Shown here: positions 1 through 8,262 of the stretch, piece after piece
Layout of the letters: the number at the start of each line of letters is the position of its first letter
Position numbering within the stretch: the first letter of the stretch is position 1
Virus record (IMG/VR): IMGVR_UViG_3300045988_078321
DNA from: a virus
Direction: 5' to 3' (one strand)
Length of the DNA: 41,081 bases
Notes under the pieces: model-generated
What the model was told of the DNA's origin: nothing
Seen by the model: the letters and a program-made list of their open reading frames with translations, nothing else
Database searches by the model: none
Made by a program: the position numbers and the translations under genes

Positions 1-55
1 TAAACCAATAAAAAACAAAAGTCATGAGTTTAGTTGCAACCAGACTGCAAAATTG
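1..55. repeat. Terminal direct repeat, exact copy of 41027..41081 (circular-assembly overlap)
   Basis: The first 55 nt (taaaccaataaaaaacaaaagtcatgag...caaaattg) are identical to the last 55 nt. The capsid ORF start is duplicated at the 3' end. Confidence 0.95.
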
Positions 56-1136
56 GCGGGTAGAAAACCCCGAGTTCGATATAAACATGACCCGCCCGTG
101 CGAATACGGCGCACTCGATTTTTTCATCGAGCAGACCGACGCGCAAAATTCTATTATCTCCCCTCATCTTCGCGACCGCGCATTCGAGTCGATTGGTAAC
201 ACGGTTCAGATTCCTGTTATCAACTACGACGGAGATGTACAGGTTAGCAATGTTCGTTCGTGCGTGATTGCCGACGACGAAAATACCTCGGCGCTGTACA
301 CCGTTGTATGGGCCACGTACGCAATCGGGTTCACGATGGTGCCCGCTGCATACATGAACAACGAAATCTCCTACGACCATGATTTCATTCGGAAGATGGA
401 GAAGACAACCCGGGCACTCGCGAATGCTCTCGACCAAGGGGCTGTGTCCGCTCTTGAAGCAGCAAAAACCCAAGTGTTGAAAGACAAGTTGAATTACCAG
501 TTCGCCGGTAATGTTATCGAGGTGCCGACGCAGATGGCTACGGAAATCATGGGCGACATCGACCCGATTATGCGAGCCAACTGTTTCCCGGAAATGATTC
601 ACATCGTAGGAAATGCCGGTGTCGATAGCCTTATTCGCAAACTCGCACAGCATGACGTTTACAACGACGTCAACAAGCGCATGGAGTATGCGAACAAAGT
701 GCTGCACTACACTAACAACGTCGTGAATGAAGCCGGGAAAAACGGTACATTCTTTGCTGTCGCAGATGGTAACGTGGGTGTGCTTACTCGCGTAGACCGT
801 GAAGCATTGCGCCGAACCCGTGCTAATTTCCACGAATGGGACGTTGTTCGCCTGCCCTACATCGACCTGCCCGTAGGTTCGCATTACTACACGTCGGTTG
901 GAGACCAGTCGCAGATTGCCGGAGCGGCAACGCAGGATTTGACCTGTGCGCTGAAAGAGTACTTTGGATTCTCCGTCGATGTTGCGTTCTTGGTGGCCTA
1001 CAACAGCGACCCGGTAACGGTAGCAAACCCGGTAATCAAGGCCGAAATCGCCGCAAGAGCAGAAAATACGCCTCTTGGTATGCCGGTCTACGTTACCAAC
1101 GACGCCGAGACGCCAATCTACACTCAAACGGTGTAA
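24..1136 (+). CDS. Major capsid protein (candidate, assigned by position)
   Basis: 370-aa ORF with an ATG start, immediately downstream of a coiled-coil scaffold-like gene in the circular map. Locally elevated GC (about 50% in hand-counted lines). Followed by a strong hairpin plus T-run terminator. Confidence 0.65.
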   Translation: MSLVATRLQNWRVENPEFDINMTRPCEYGALDFFIEQTDAQNSIISPHLRDRAFESIGNTVQIPVINYDGDVQVSNVRSCVIADDENTSALYTVVWATYAIGFTMVPAAYMNNEISYDHDFIRKMEKTTRALANALDQGAVSALEAAKTQVLKDKLNYQFAGNVIEVPTQMATEIMGDIDPIMRANCFPEMIHIVGNAGVDSLIRKLAQHDVYNDVNKRMEYANKVLHYTNNVVNEAGKNGTFFAVADGNVGVLTRVDREALRRTRANFHEWDVVRLPYIDLPVGSHYYTSVGDQSQIAGAATQDLTCALKEYFGFSVDVAFLVAYNSDPVTVANPVIKAEIAARAENTPLGMPVYVTNDAETPIYTQTV

Positions 1137-1157
1137 ATTTACATTTCTGCCAATCAT

Positions 1158-1190
1158 GGGGGCGGGGAAGGAACCCCCGTCCCCTTTTTT
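1158..1190 (+). terminator. Rho-independent terminator after the capsid gene
   Basis: GGGGGCGGGG-aaggaa-CCCCCGTCCCC forms a 10-bp stem with one G-U pair, followed by TTTTTT. Confidence 0.8.
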
Positions 1191-1200
1191 ATTTATAGCC

Positions 1201-2541
1201 ATGTACAGAATAAAAGAAATACAAGATGCGTTATTGCATGTAGTCGGATGGGAGCAGGCTTACAACCCGGCTAAATCAATAGATGAAGAGTTAACACAGA
1301 CTGAAAGCGGCCTTTATTTTCAAGGGGCTCACCCTCTTGTAACTCTCGATAGTATGGCGGCGATAATGCCCGATGAATGGAATTTTCAGTACCCAGAATG
1401 GAATATGATTTTGCCGTATAAGGCCGGGCAAAAAGTACGTCATAACGACATTGTTTGGATTGCCAAAATAGACAATACGGGGCAAGAGCCTACCGCCAGC
1501 GATTTCAATGATGATTTCAGCCGTGACGATTATGGTAACCCGTATTGGAAACCATATAACGTCATATCCGATTTTCTTGAAAGATTGACAAGGAATGGTA
1601 TAGCAACGGCAATACAGACATTTACACAGATTAAACAACTCGAAAAAGAAACGAGAAATCTTTTAGAACGCCGTACATTTTTTGACGGCGCCGGGCGTAT
1701 ACGGGCGACAGTACAAAATTCGCATAAATTAGTAGGGTTTGAAATTGTTCCGGTTCGCGCTATGGGTGTGACGGCAAAAATTGAAAAGATAGGTTTGCAA
1801 ATGACCGGGGGAACAGGAGTTGTACGAATGTATCTTTTTCATTCTTCACAGATAGACCCGATTAAAACCTTTGATTTGAATTTTACGGTTACAAATGGAG
1901 GGTTTCAGTGGTTTGCGATAGATGATTGTTATCTGCCGTATATAAGCGATTCTAACAATGCCGGAGGGTCTTGGTTCTTGTGTTATAATCAAGACGAGTT
2001 ACCCGCAGGAATGGAGGCAATAAATGTTTCAAAAGACTGGAGCCGTGAGCCTTGCGGAACATGCAACATCGGCTCTATTGAAGCATGGCGAGAAATGACC
2101 AAGTATTTACAAGTTTCTCCATTCATGTACAATGCGCCGGAGACATTTGAGGAGTTCCCGGAGTTGTGGGACATCGCAAACACAATTTACACAAATACAA
2201 GAAACTACGGGTTGAACTGTGAAATTACGGTAGGCTGCGACCTAACCGATTTTATCATTTCCCAGAGACAAATTTTTCAAACTGTCATACAAAGACAAGT
2301 CGCTGCGATTGCATTGAGAACCCTTGCAATTAATCCAGATGTAAGGGTCAATCGTATACAATCGAATGCAACGCGAATGGACATACTATATGAACTCGAT
2401 GGCAATACGGCAGGCGTTCGACCCGGCGGGTTGGGGTATGAACTGAAGAAGTCATACGACGCGTTGCAGTTAGATACACAAGGCCTTGACCGAATTTGCC
2501 TTTCTTGTAATAACAGGGGCGTTAAATACCGTACTGTATGA
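1201..2541 (+). CDS. Virion structural protein with a CBM5/12-like carbohydrate-binding motif
   Basis: 446 aa counted from the ATG at 1201. The listed upstream start at 1075 would span the terminator. The motif YKAGQKVRHNDIVWIAKIDNTGQEP resembles the chitin-binding type 3 / CBM5_12 signature. Confidence 0.6.
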   Translation: MYRIKEIQDALLHVVGWEQAYNPAKSIDEELTQTESGLYFQGAHPLVTLDSMAAIMPDEWNFQYPEWNMILPYKAGQKVRHNDIVWIAKIDNTGQEPTASDFNDDFSRDDYGNPYWKPYNVISDFLERLTRNGIATAIQTFTQIKQLEKETRNLLERRTFFDGAGRIRATVQNSHKLVGFEIVPVRAMGVTAKIEKIGLQMTGGTGVVRMYLFHSSQIDPIKTFDLNFTVTNGGFQWFAIDDCYLPYISDSNNAGGSWFLCYNQDELPAGMEAINVSKDWSREPCGTCNIGSIEAWREMTKYLQVSPFMYNAPETFEEFPELWDIANTIYTNTRNYGLNCEITVGCDLTDFIISQRQIFQTVIQRQVAAIALRTLAINPDVRVNRIQSNATRMDILYELDGNTAGVRPGGLGYELKKSYDALQLDTQGLDRICLSCNNRGVKYRTV

Positions 2542-2993
2542 AAGTTATAACCGATTTGCGAAATAAGGTTGCACAAGCCGAAAACAACATAAATAGCGGT
2601 AAATGGGTGCAGCAAATAATATACGACAATGAGGCGTATATCGTTGACCTCAATGCTGAAGAACAGTTGTATGAACAGGGTGTAAATAACCTTGGTGTAA
2701 GTATTTCGGATTATGCGCCTTATTCGCCGGTTACAATCGAGATAAAAAAGGCAAAGGGCCAACCAACCAATCGTGTAACCCTGCGAGATGAGGGCGATTT
2801 TGAATCCTCTTTTTTCCTCGAGGTAGGGCAAAATCAATTCGAAATAAAAGCGTCAGACTGGAAGACTGAAGAATTGATAAAAAAATACGGTAGGCAGATT
2901 TTAGGATTGACAAATGAAAACATAGAGAAATTGATTTGGGATTTCATCTATCCCGATTTGTTATCAAAACTCAAAAATGAATTATATGGTTAG
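2538..2993 (+). CDS. Head-tail connector / neck protein candidate
   Basis: 151 aa, with an ATGA overlap to the upstream gene. The segment TLRDEGDFESSF resembles the L-x-D-T-G-x-L segment of gp10-like connector proteins. Assigned by position in the structural module. Confidence 0.45.
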   Translation: MKVITDLRNKVAQAENNINSGKWVQQIIYDNEAYIVDLNAEEQLYEQGVNNLGVSISDYAPYSPVTIEIKKAKGQPTNRVTLRDEGDFESSFFLEVGQNQFEIKASDWKTEELIKKYGRQILGLTNENIEKLIWDFIYPDLLSKLKNELYG

Positions 2994-3561
2994 AAATGTA
3001 AAAGCGCCAACGGTTGAAAATCCCGAGTTGCTCGACAAGATTATAGCAAATATTCAAAATGGTTTGGTCGACAATATTGGGTGGCTTGACAAGGCATTCG
3101 GAAGAGCTGAAAGGCTCGTGAAATATGATGTAAACGGCAAAAAAATCTACACACCTAATGTGTACGCCGGAGAGAATGATTACACATGTGTGACGCCAGA
3201 TTCAGGCATCGGAAATTTTTCTTTTTTCTGGATAGATGACCCCCAGAATGTAGAATGGGAACCCGGCGTCTCAATAGGTATTAAAGCACCCTTTTCTCTT
3301 ATTGTATGGTTTGATTTTCGAACGATAACCAATAGCTCAAATATTAGAGACAAAGAAAGTGTAAAAAGGCAGATTTTAGATGTTCTTAATGGGGGATTCT
3401 GGCTAAAATCTGGAAGCATAACAGTGAACAAAGTATATGAACTTGCGGAAAACATATACAAGGGTTTTAGTCTCGACGAGATAGATAATCAATTTCTTAT
3501 GCACCCTTACGGTGGATTTAGATTTGAAGGAGAGTTACAAATTTCAGAGAATTGCGTATGA
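2977..3561 (+). CDS. Virion structural protein (tail/neck module, function unknown)
   Basis: 194-aa ORF. ATG at 2977, with an alternative in-frame ATG at 2986. It overlaps the upstream stop and lies upstream of the chaperone-position gene and the tape measure gene. Confidence 0.5.
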   Translation: MNYMVRNVKAPTVENPELLDKIIANIQNGLVDNIGWLDKAFGRAERLVKYDVNGKKIYTPNVYAGENDYTCVTPDSGIGNFSFFWIDDPQNVEWEPGVSIGIKAPFSLIVWFDFRTITNSSNIRDKESVKRQILDVLNGGFWLKSGSITVNKVYELAENIYKGFSLDEIDNQFLMHPYGGFRFEGELQISENCV

Positions 3562-3815
3562 TTACATTTGTTTTTCAAATAGTTTTAGTATCGCTTTTGG
3601 CTTCGTTCTTGTTGTCTTTGGCGATAAAGTGGGGCATCGTTGAATATGTACAGGTTCATGGTAATGCCTTTTTTTCAAAAATGTTTAGTTGCTATTTCTG
3701 CCTTTCGTTTTGGTCTGGTGTAATTGTTTCGATTGTTTTCGCAATTTTCACGGGCGATTTGTTATTTTTGTTTTGTCCTATATTTTCAACCAACGTAACA
3801 AAGAAAATGATATGA
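3558..3815 (+). CDS. Small integral membrane protein (about 3 TM segments)
   Basis: ATG at 3558 in an ATGA overlap with the upstream stop; the listed 3552 start is TTG. Hydrophobic stretches are FVFQIVLVSLLASFLLSLAI, CYFCLSFWSGVIVSIVFAIF and LLFLFCPIF. A CxxC-x3-W motif is present. Confidence 0.55.
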   Translation: MITFVFQIVLVSLLASFLLSLAIKWGIVEYVQVHGNAFFSKMFSCYFCLSFWSGVIVSIVFAIFTGDLLFLFCPIFSTNVTKKMI

Positions 3816-4585
3816 AGACCTTAAGACTCGGCAAAAATGATGTTGAAATCTACGATTCTATCGAAGACCTCCCGATAATGAGATTTCACAAATACAACAA
3901 AATGTTGCTCGTCGATTCTGGTATAGGTTCAGACCTTGCAGATTTCGACCGGCACATAGAAAAAGCTATGCAGTTTGTAAAAAATCAATCTACAAGCATG
4001 GCAATAACCGAACTTGAAAATATGCGTCAAAACGTGTATTTCATTCAATCGAATCTCTCACCACGATGCTTGGCGTTCGCTGTACTGGTGACCAAAATAA
4101 ACGGCGAAGAGTGTAATGATATTTCAGACGAAGCACTACACAAAATTGTCCAGCGACTCGGGAATGTGCCGATAAAAGAATTGACCGCTCAATTAGATGC
4201 GGTCAAAAAAAAAATAGATGAAGAGTTGAGATTGTATTTTCCCCAGGTATTCGAAGATGCTGCAATAAAGGAGTATTTCGAACAACTTAGAAGAAGAACA
4301 ATTGTAATTCTTCAAACGGTCATATCTGGGGAAACAACCGAAGCGCAAAGAAAAGAAATCGATAACATAACTGGCGAACTTATAACGTACTTTGCACCGC
4401 ATAATTTCGTAGGAAGCGATAGCGCAGAGATTAAACACGACAAGCAATTTGAAAAAATGTGCTTGCTATTATCACAAAATCTTCACGTTGACCCCAAAAA
4501 ATTCACCGTTATCGAGTATTACAATGCGTTTGAGTACATGCAAGAAGAGGCAAAAAGAGTAAAAGGCCAAAATAAGGCGAAATAA
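3812..4585 (+). CDS. Tail assembly chaperone-position protein
   Basis: 257 aa from the ATG at 3812, in an ATGA overlap with the upstream gene. It lies immediately upstream of the tape measure gene and contains an A10 tract at 4205..4214. Confidence 0.5.
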   Translation: MKTLRLGKNDVEIYDSIEDLPIMRFHKYNKMLLVDSGIGSDLADFDRHIEKAMQFVKNQSTSMAITELENMRQNVYFIQSNLSPRCLAFAVLVTKINGEECNDISDEALHKIVQRLGNVPIKELTAQLDAVKKKIDEELRLYFPQVFEDAAIKEYFEQLRRRTIVILQTVISGETTEAQRKEIDNITGELITYFAPHNFVGSDSAEIKHDKQFEKMCLLLSQNLHVDPKKFTVIEYYNAFEYMQEEAKRVKGQNKAK

Positions 4586-4671
4586 GCGACGATAATGTGA
4601 TTATTGATAAATTACACTATCGGAAAAAGAAAATGCAATAGAAGCGAAATTCATAAAAAAATAACGAGACA

Positions 4672-7600
4672 ATGGCAGAGAACAATAATCCGATTAAATA
4701 TTCGGACTTGATAAAGCCCGATAATTCTATTACCGAGCTAATTAAACAACTCGACCAGTTATCCGATGCGTACACCAACGCATTGCAAAACATTAAAAAC
4801 GAAGCAATACAGTTGTCTGCAACTTTGCAAAAAGTTTCCGGCGCCACGGACACCGGACGAAAAGCAACACAAAAAGCAGCAGACGACGCCGACCGGCTTG
4901 CGCGCGCTCAAAGAGAATTGGCGTTTGCGGAAAGCGAAACCGCAAAGCAAATAGCAGAGTTGAAACAAGCCCAGCAAGAAGCAAACCAGATTAACAAATT
5001 GACCGTAAAACTCAATCAATCCGCAGAGGGTAGTTACAACAGACTTTCCGCACAATATTCTTTGAATAAAATTTACATTAACAATATGACCAAGGCGGAA
5101 AGAGAAAACACAGAAGAAGGTCGAAAGCTCGTGGCCCAGACGCGCGAAATTTATGAAGAGATGAAGCGATTGCAAAAAGAGACGGGCAAAAATCAACTCA
5201 ATGTTGGTAATTATACAGAGGCCTCCGATGCGTTGATTGAGTATGGGGATAGATTGAAAGAGACTTTAGGGCTCAATTCTAAATTCGGCGAAAGTCTTTT
5301 GGCCCTTGGACGTGGAGGCGAAGATAGTAAATCGGTATTTACATCGATGGCCGACGGCGCAAAAGCCCTCGGAAAAACATTGCTTACGTTGCTGTCCAAC
5401 CCCGTATTTTTAGCGATAGCAGGAATAGCCGCTGCCGGCGCCGCGTTCAAATGGTGGTATGACTATAACGCCGGATTGGTAGAGGCAACGAGATTGACGC
5501 AACAATTTACCAATAAACAGGGTGACGATTTACAGGCATTCAGAAACGAGGTGCAGGCAACGGCCGACATGTTCAATTCTGATTTCAAAGAAACCCTAAT
5601 AGCCACCAATGCAGTAGCACAGCAGTTTGGTATTTCTGCAAACGAAGCTCTTAAATTAGTGCAAGATGGATTCATCGCCGGAGGTGACGCAAACGGTGAA
5701 TTTTTAGATACGTTGAAAGAATATCCGGCGTATTTCAAGGAAGCGGGGATTTCAGCCGACCAGTTTGTCGCAATAGTAGCACAAACGAATAAGATGGGCA
5801 TTTTTTCCGACAAGGGCGTCGATGCAATCAAGGAGGCAAATTTGCGCCTTCGCGAAATGACAACGGCAACCGCCTCAGCATTAGAAGGTATCGGGATTTC
5901 TTCAGAACAGGTTCAAGCCGATTTACAAAGTGGAGCCAAAACAACATTCGATGTAATACAAGATGTTTCGGAAAGACTTTCGGAGTTGCCAGATAGTGCG
6001 GCGGTAGTTGGAACCGCGATTGCTGATATTTTCGGCGGGCCCGGAGAAGATGCTGGGTTGCAGTATCTTCGAACTCTCAAAGATATATCTACAGATTTGG
6101 ACACAGTAAAAGAAAAAGCCGGTGTTCTTGGTGAGTTGCAAGAAGAACAGTTGAAGAGTCAAATTGAGTTGCAAAACGCGTTATCTGGACTTTTCGATTT
6201 GACAGGTGGGAATTTTGAGACATTGACCACAAAGGCAAAAATATTCTTCAACCAAGGGCTGACCGCCCTAATTAAGGGCGTTATAAGCCTCGCTAATTAT
6301 TTTATCGAAATATACAACGAAAGTTTGCTTTTGCGCGCCGTATGGAACAGTATATCGGTTGTTGTAAAGAATTTTTTTGATGGCGTCGGGAATCTGTTTA
6401 ATTTCTTCATTGATACCGTTAAAGCAGTTGGAACAGCGTTAAAAGGTGCTTTTACCCTTAATTTCAAAGAATTAAAAAGGGGATTGAGTGATTTTGCATT
6501 GTCGTACAAAAAACTTGCAACCGCCCAAATTAAAGATATGAGCAAAAACGCCAAAGAAGCATTCGAAGGAATGAATAAAAAAATAAAGCCAATAACTATC
6601 CCGGTATCTGTTGAGACAGGGGAGACCGGCAAAGGCTCTGGCGTTGTAACCGGAACAGTAACAACCGCAAATAAGGGAGATAACGTCGAAGATAAAACAA
6701 AAGAAATTGAACAGGCATATAAAAAAAATATAGAGTTGACCAGAAAATTACAAGATGAGCAACTCAAATTAGAAGACGATGAATGGGCCAAAAAAAGGCA
6801 GAAAACGATATATCAGTATGATAGGCAAATAGAAGACCTTCGGCACCAGTTAGACACAGAAAAAGAGCTAAACAAAGAGGGCCGAGAAAAAATATTAGAA
6901 ACGATTGTTGCATTAGAAGCACAGAAGACTGCCGACCTGTTGGCAATCGAAAATGAAAGGCAAAATAAGGAACTTGAGATGCAGAAAAAAGGCATCGAAT
7001 TGAGATTGTCCGCCGTTAAAAAAGGCACAGAGGAAGAAATAAAATTACGTCTTCAATTACTTGAAGTCGAAAAACAGATTGCAATTCAACAAAGTGGTCA
7101 AGGCGAACAAGATGCAATTATAAAAGGATTTGAACAAAGCCGAATGGCTATAAATGACGAGTATTTGCAATTGCAATTAGAAGCATTTGACAAACAACAA
7201 GAGTTGGCACAAAGTGAATTTGACCTTTTGAAAAATTCAGAAGAAAAGAAAACACAATATCGATTGCAGGCAGAAAAAGCAAGATGGCAGAAAATTCTTG
7301 AAATCAACAAGGAAGCGAGCAATAAATTGTCAGATGTAGATGTGGCGATTATTGAAAACACTATAAAGAAAATCGACCAAGAAATCGAGAGTTCGAAAAA
7401 GGCCGAAAAGAGTAACGATATATATGGTCTTTTTGGCCTCAATCTAACGGACGAACAAAAAGAAGGCATAAACACGTCTTTGCAATATGCAATCGATGCA
7501 CTAAACGAGTATTCAGAGGCTCGCGTAGAAGCAGCCAATAATGCAGTGGAGCAAGCAGAAAAAGAGGTGGATGCGGCGCAATCTGCATTAGACGCTGAAA

Positions 7601-8262
7601 GGCAAGCAGCAGCGAATGGGTATGCAAACAATGTAGCCCAAGCGCAAAAAGAATTAAACCTTGCCAAAAAGAATCAAGACAAAGCAATACAAGAGCAGAA
7701 AAAGGCCCAGCAAGAACAAGAAGCAATTCAAACATTGCAACAAGTTGGCAATCTTGTTACTGCCTCGGCCTTAATTTGGGCACAACTTGGATTCCCGGCT
7801 GCGATACCCGCAATTGCTTTAATGTGGGCCAGTTTTGCAGCATCTAAGATAAAAGCCTTTCAAATGGCAAGCACCGGAACAGAAACATACGGAGATGGCA
7901 CAGTTGAGTTGCTGCAAGGAGGTTCGCACCAATCCGGGAACGATGTTGATTTAGGCACAAAACCGGACGGTACCAAACGACGAGCAGAAGGTGGGGAATT
8001 TTTTGCCGTGATAAATAAACGCAGTTCGCGAATGTATCGGCGTGTCATTCCCGACGTTATTAAGAGCCTCAATAATGGTACATTCTTGAACAAATATGCA
8101 GGAACAGAAAATGGAAATGTAAATGTGACATTTGCCCCAAAGAATGGACGATTAGAAAAAGACGTGGAAAAAATTCGCCAGCAGACAGAAAAGAAAATAT
8201 ACGTCGGCGACGGCGTAATTGTTGAGCAATACAAGAACCTTAAAAAGAGAATTAGAAAATGA
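4672..8262 (+). CDS. Tail tape measure protein
   Basis: 1196 aa. Long coiled-coil segments rich in Q, E, K and A. Hydrophobic glycine/alanine segments (LAIAGIAAAGAAF, ALIWAQLGFPAAIPAIALMWASFAA). A TMP-core-like segment (AQQFGISANEALKLVQDGFIAGG...GVDAIKEANLRLREM). Confidence 0.9.
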   Translation: MAENNNPIKYSDLIKPDNSITELIKQLDQLSDAYTNALQNIKNEAIQLSATLQKVSGATDTGRKATQKAADDADRLARAQRELAFAESETAKQIAELKQAQQEANQINKLTVKLNQSAEGSYNRLSAQYSLNKIYINNMTKAERENTEEGRKLVAQTREIYEEMKRLQKETGKNQLNVGNYTEASDALIEYGDRLKETLGLNSKFGESLLALGRGGEDSKSVFTSMADGAKALGKTLLTLLSNPVFLAIAGIAAAGAAFKWWYDYNAGLVEATRLTQQFTNKQGDDLQAFRNEVQATADMFNSDFKETLIATNAVAQQFGISANEALKLVQDGFIAGGDANGEFLDTLKEYPAYFKEAGISADQFVAIVAQTNKMGIFSDKGVDAIKEANLRLREMTTATASALEGIGISSEQVQADLQSGAKTTFDVIQDVSERLSELPDSAAVVGTAIADIFGGPGEDAGLQYLRTLKDISTDLDTVKEKAGVLGELQEEQLKSQIELQNALSGLFDLTGGNFETLTTKAKIFFNQGLTALIKGVISLANYFIEIYNESLLLRAVWNSISVVVKNFFDGVGNLFNFFIDTVKAVGTALKGAFTLNFKELKRGLSDFALSYKKLATAQIKDMSKNAKEAFEGMNKKIKPITIPVSVETGETGKGSGVVTGTVTTANKGDNVEDKTKEIEQAYKKNIELTRKLQDEQLKLEDDEWAKKRQKTIYQYDRQIEDLRHQLDTEKELNKEGREKILETIVALEAQKTADLLAIENERQNKELEMQKKGIELRLSAVKKGTEEEIKLRLQLLEVEKQIAIQQSGQGEQDAIIKGFEQSRMAINDEYLQLQLEAFDKQQELAQSEFDLLKNSEEKKTQYRLQAEKARWQKILEINKEASNKLSDVDVAIIENTIKKIDQEIESSKKAEKSNDIYGLFGLNLTDEQKEGINTSLQYAIDALNEYSEARVEAANNAVEQAEKEVDAAQSALDAERQAAANGYANNVAQAQKELNLAKKNQDKAIQEQKKAQQEQEAIQTLQQVGNLVTASALIWAQLGFPAAIPAIALMWASFAASKIKAFQMASTGTETYGDGTVELLQGGSHQSGNDVDLGTKPDGTKRRAEGGEFFAVINKRSSRMYRRVIPDVIKSLNNGTFLNKYAGTENGNVNVTFAPKNGRLEKDVEKIRQQTEKKIYVGDGVIVEQYKNLKKRIRK

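Noticed and set aside
1075-1200. Upstream start (1075) listed for the ORF ending at 2541
   Set aside because: This extension overlaps the end of the capsid gene and reads through the terminator hairpin at 1158..1190. The ATG at 1201 follows the terminator and gives a normal N-terminus (MYRIKEIQ).
30-1202. 390-aa minus-strand ORF opposite the capsid gene. Similar long minus-strand ORFs lie at 40068..40805, 39216..39788, 39449..40024, 7098..7667, 33308..33865 and 36706..37182.
   Set aside because: Each lies entirely antisense to a + strand gene that has recognisable motifs or a clear module position. Their translations are low-complexity or Cys/Arg-rich shadow sequences. No promoter or terminator is oriented for the minus strand.
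3689-3811. Upstream starts for chaperone-position gene ORF 3689..4585 and for the gp3-like gene ORF 21113..21874
   Set aside because: Both extensions lie inside the preceding genes. The internal ATGs at 3812 and 21161 form ATGA stop/start overlaps typical of this genome.
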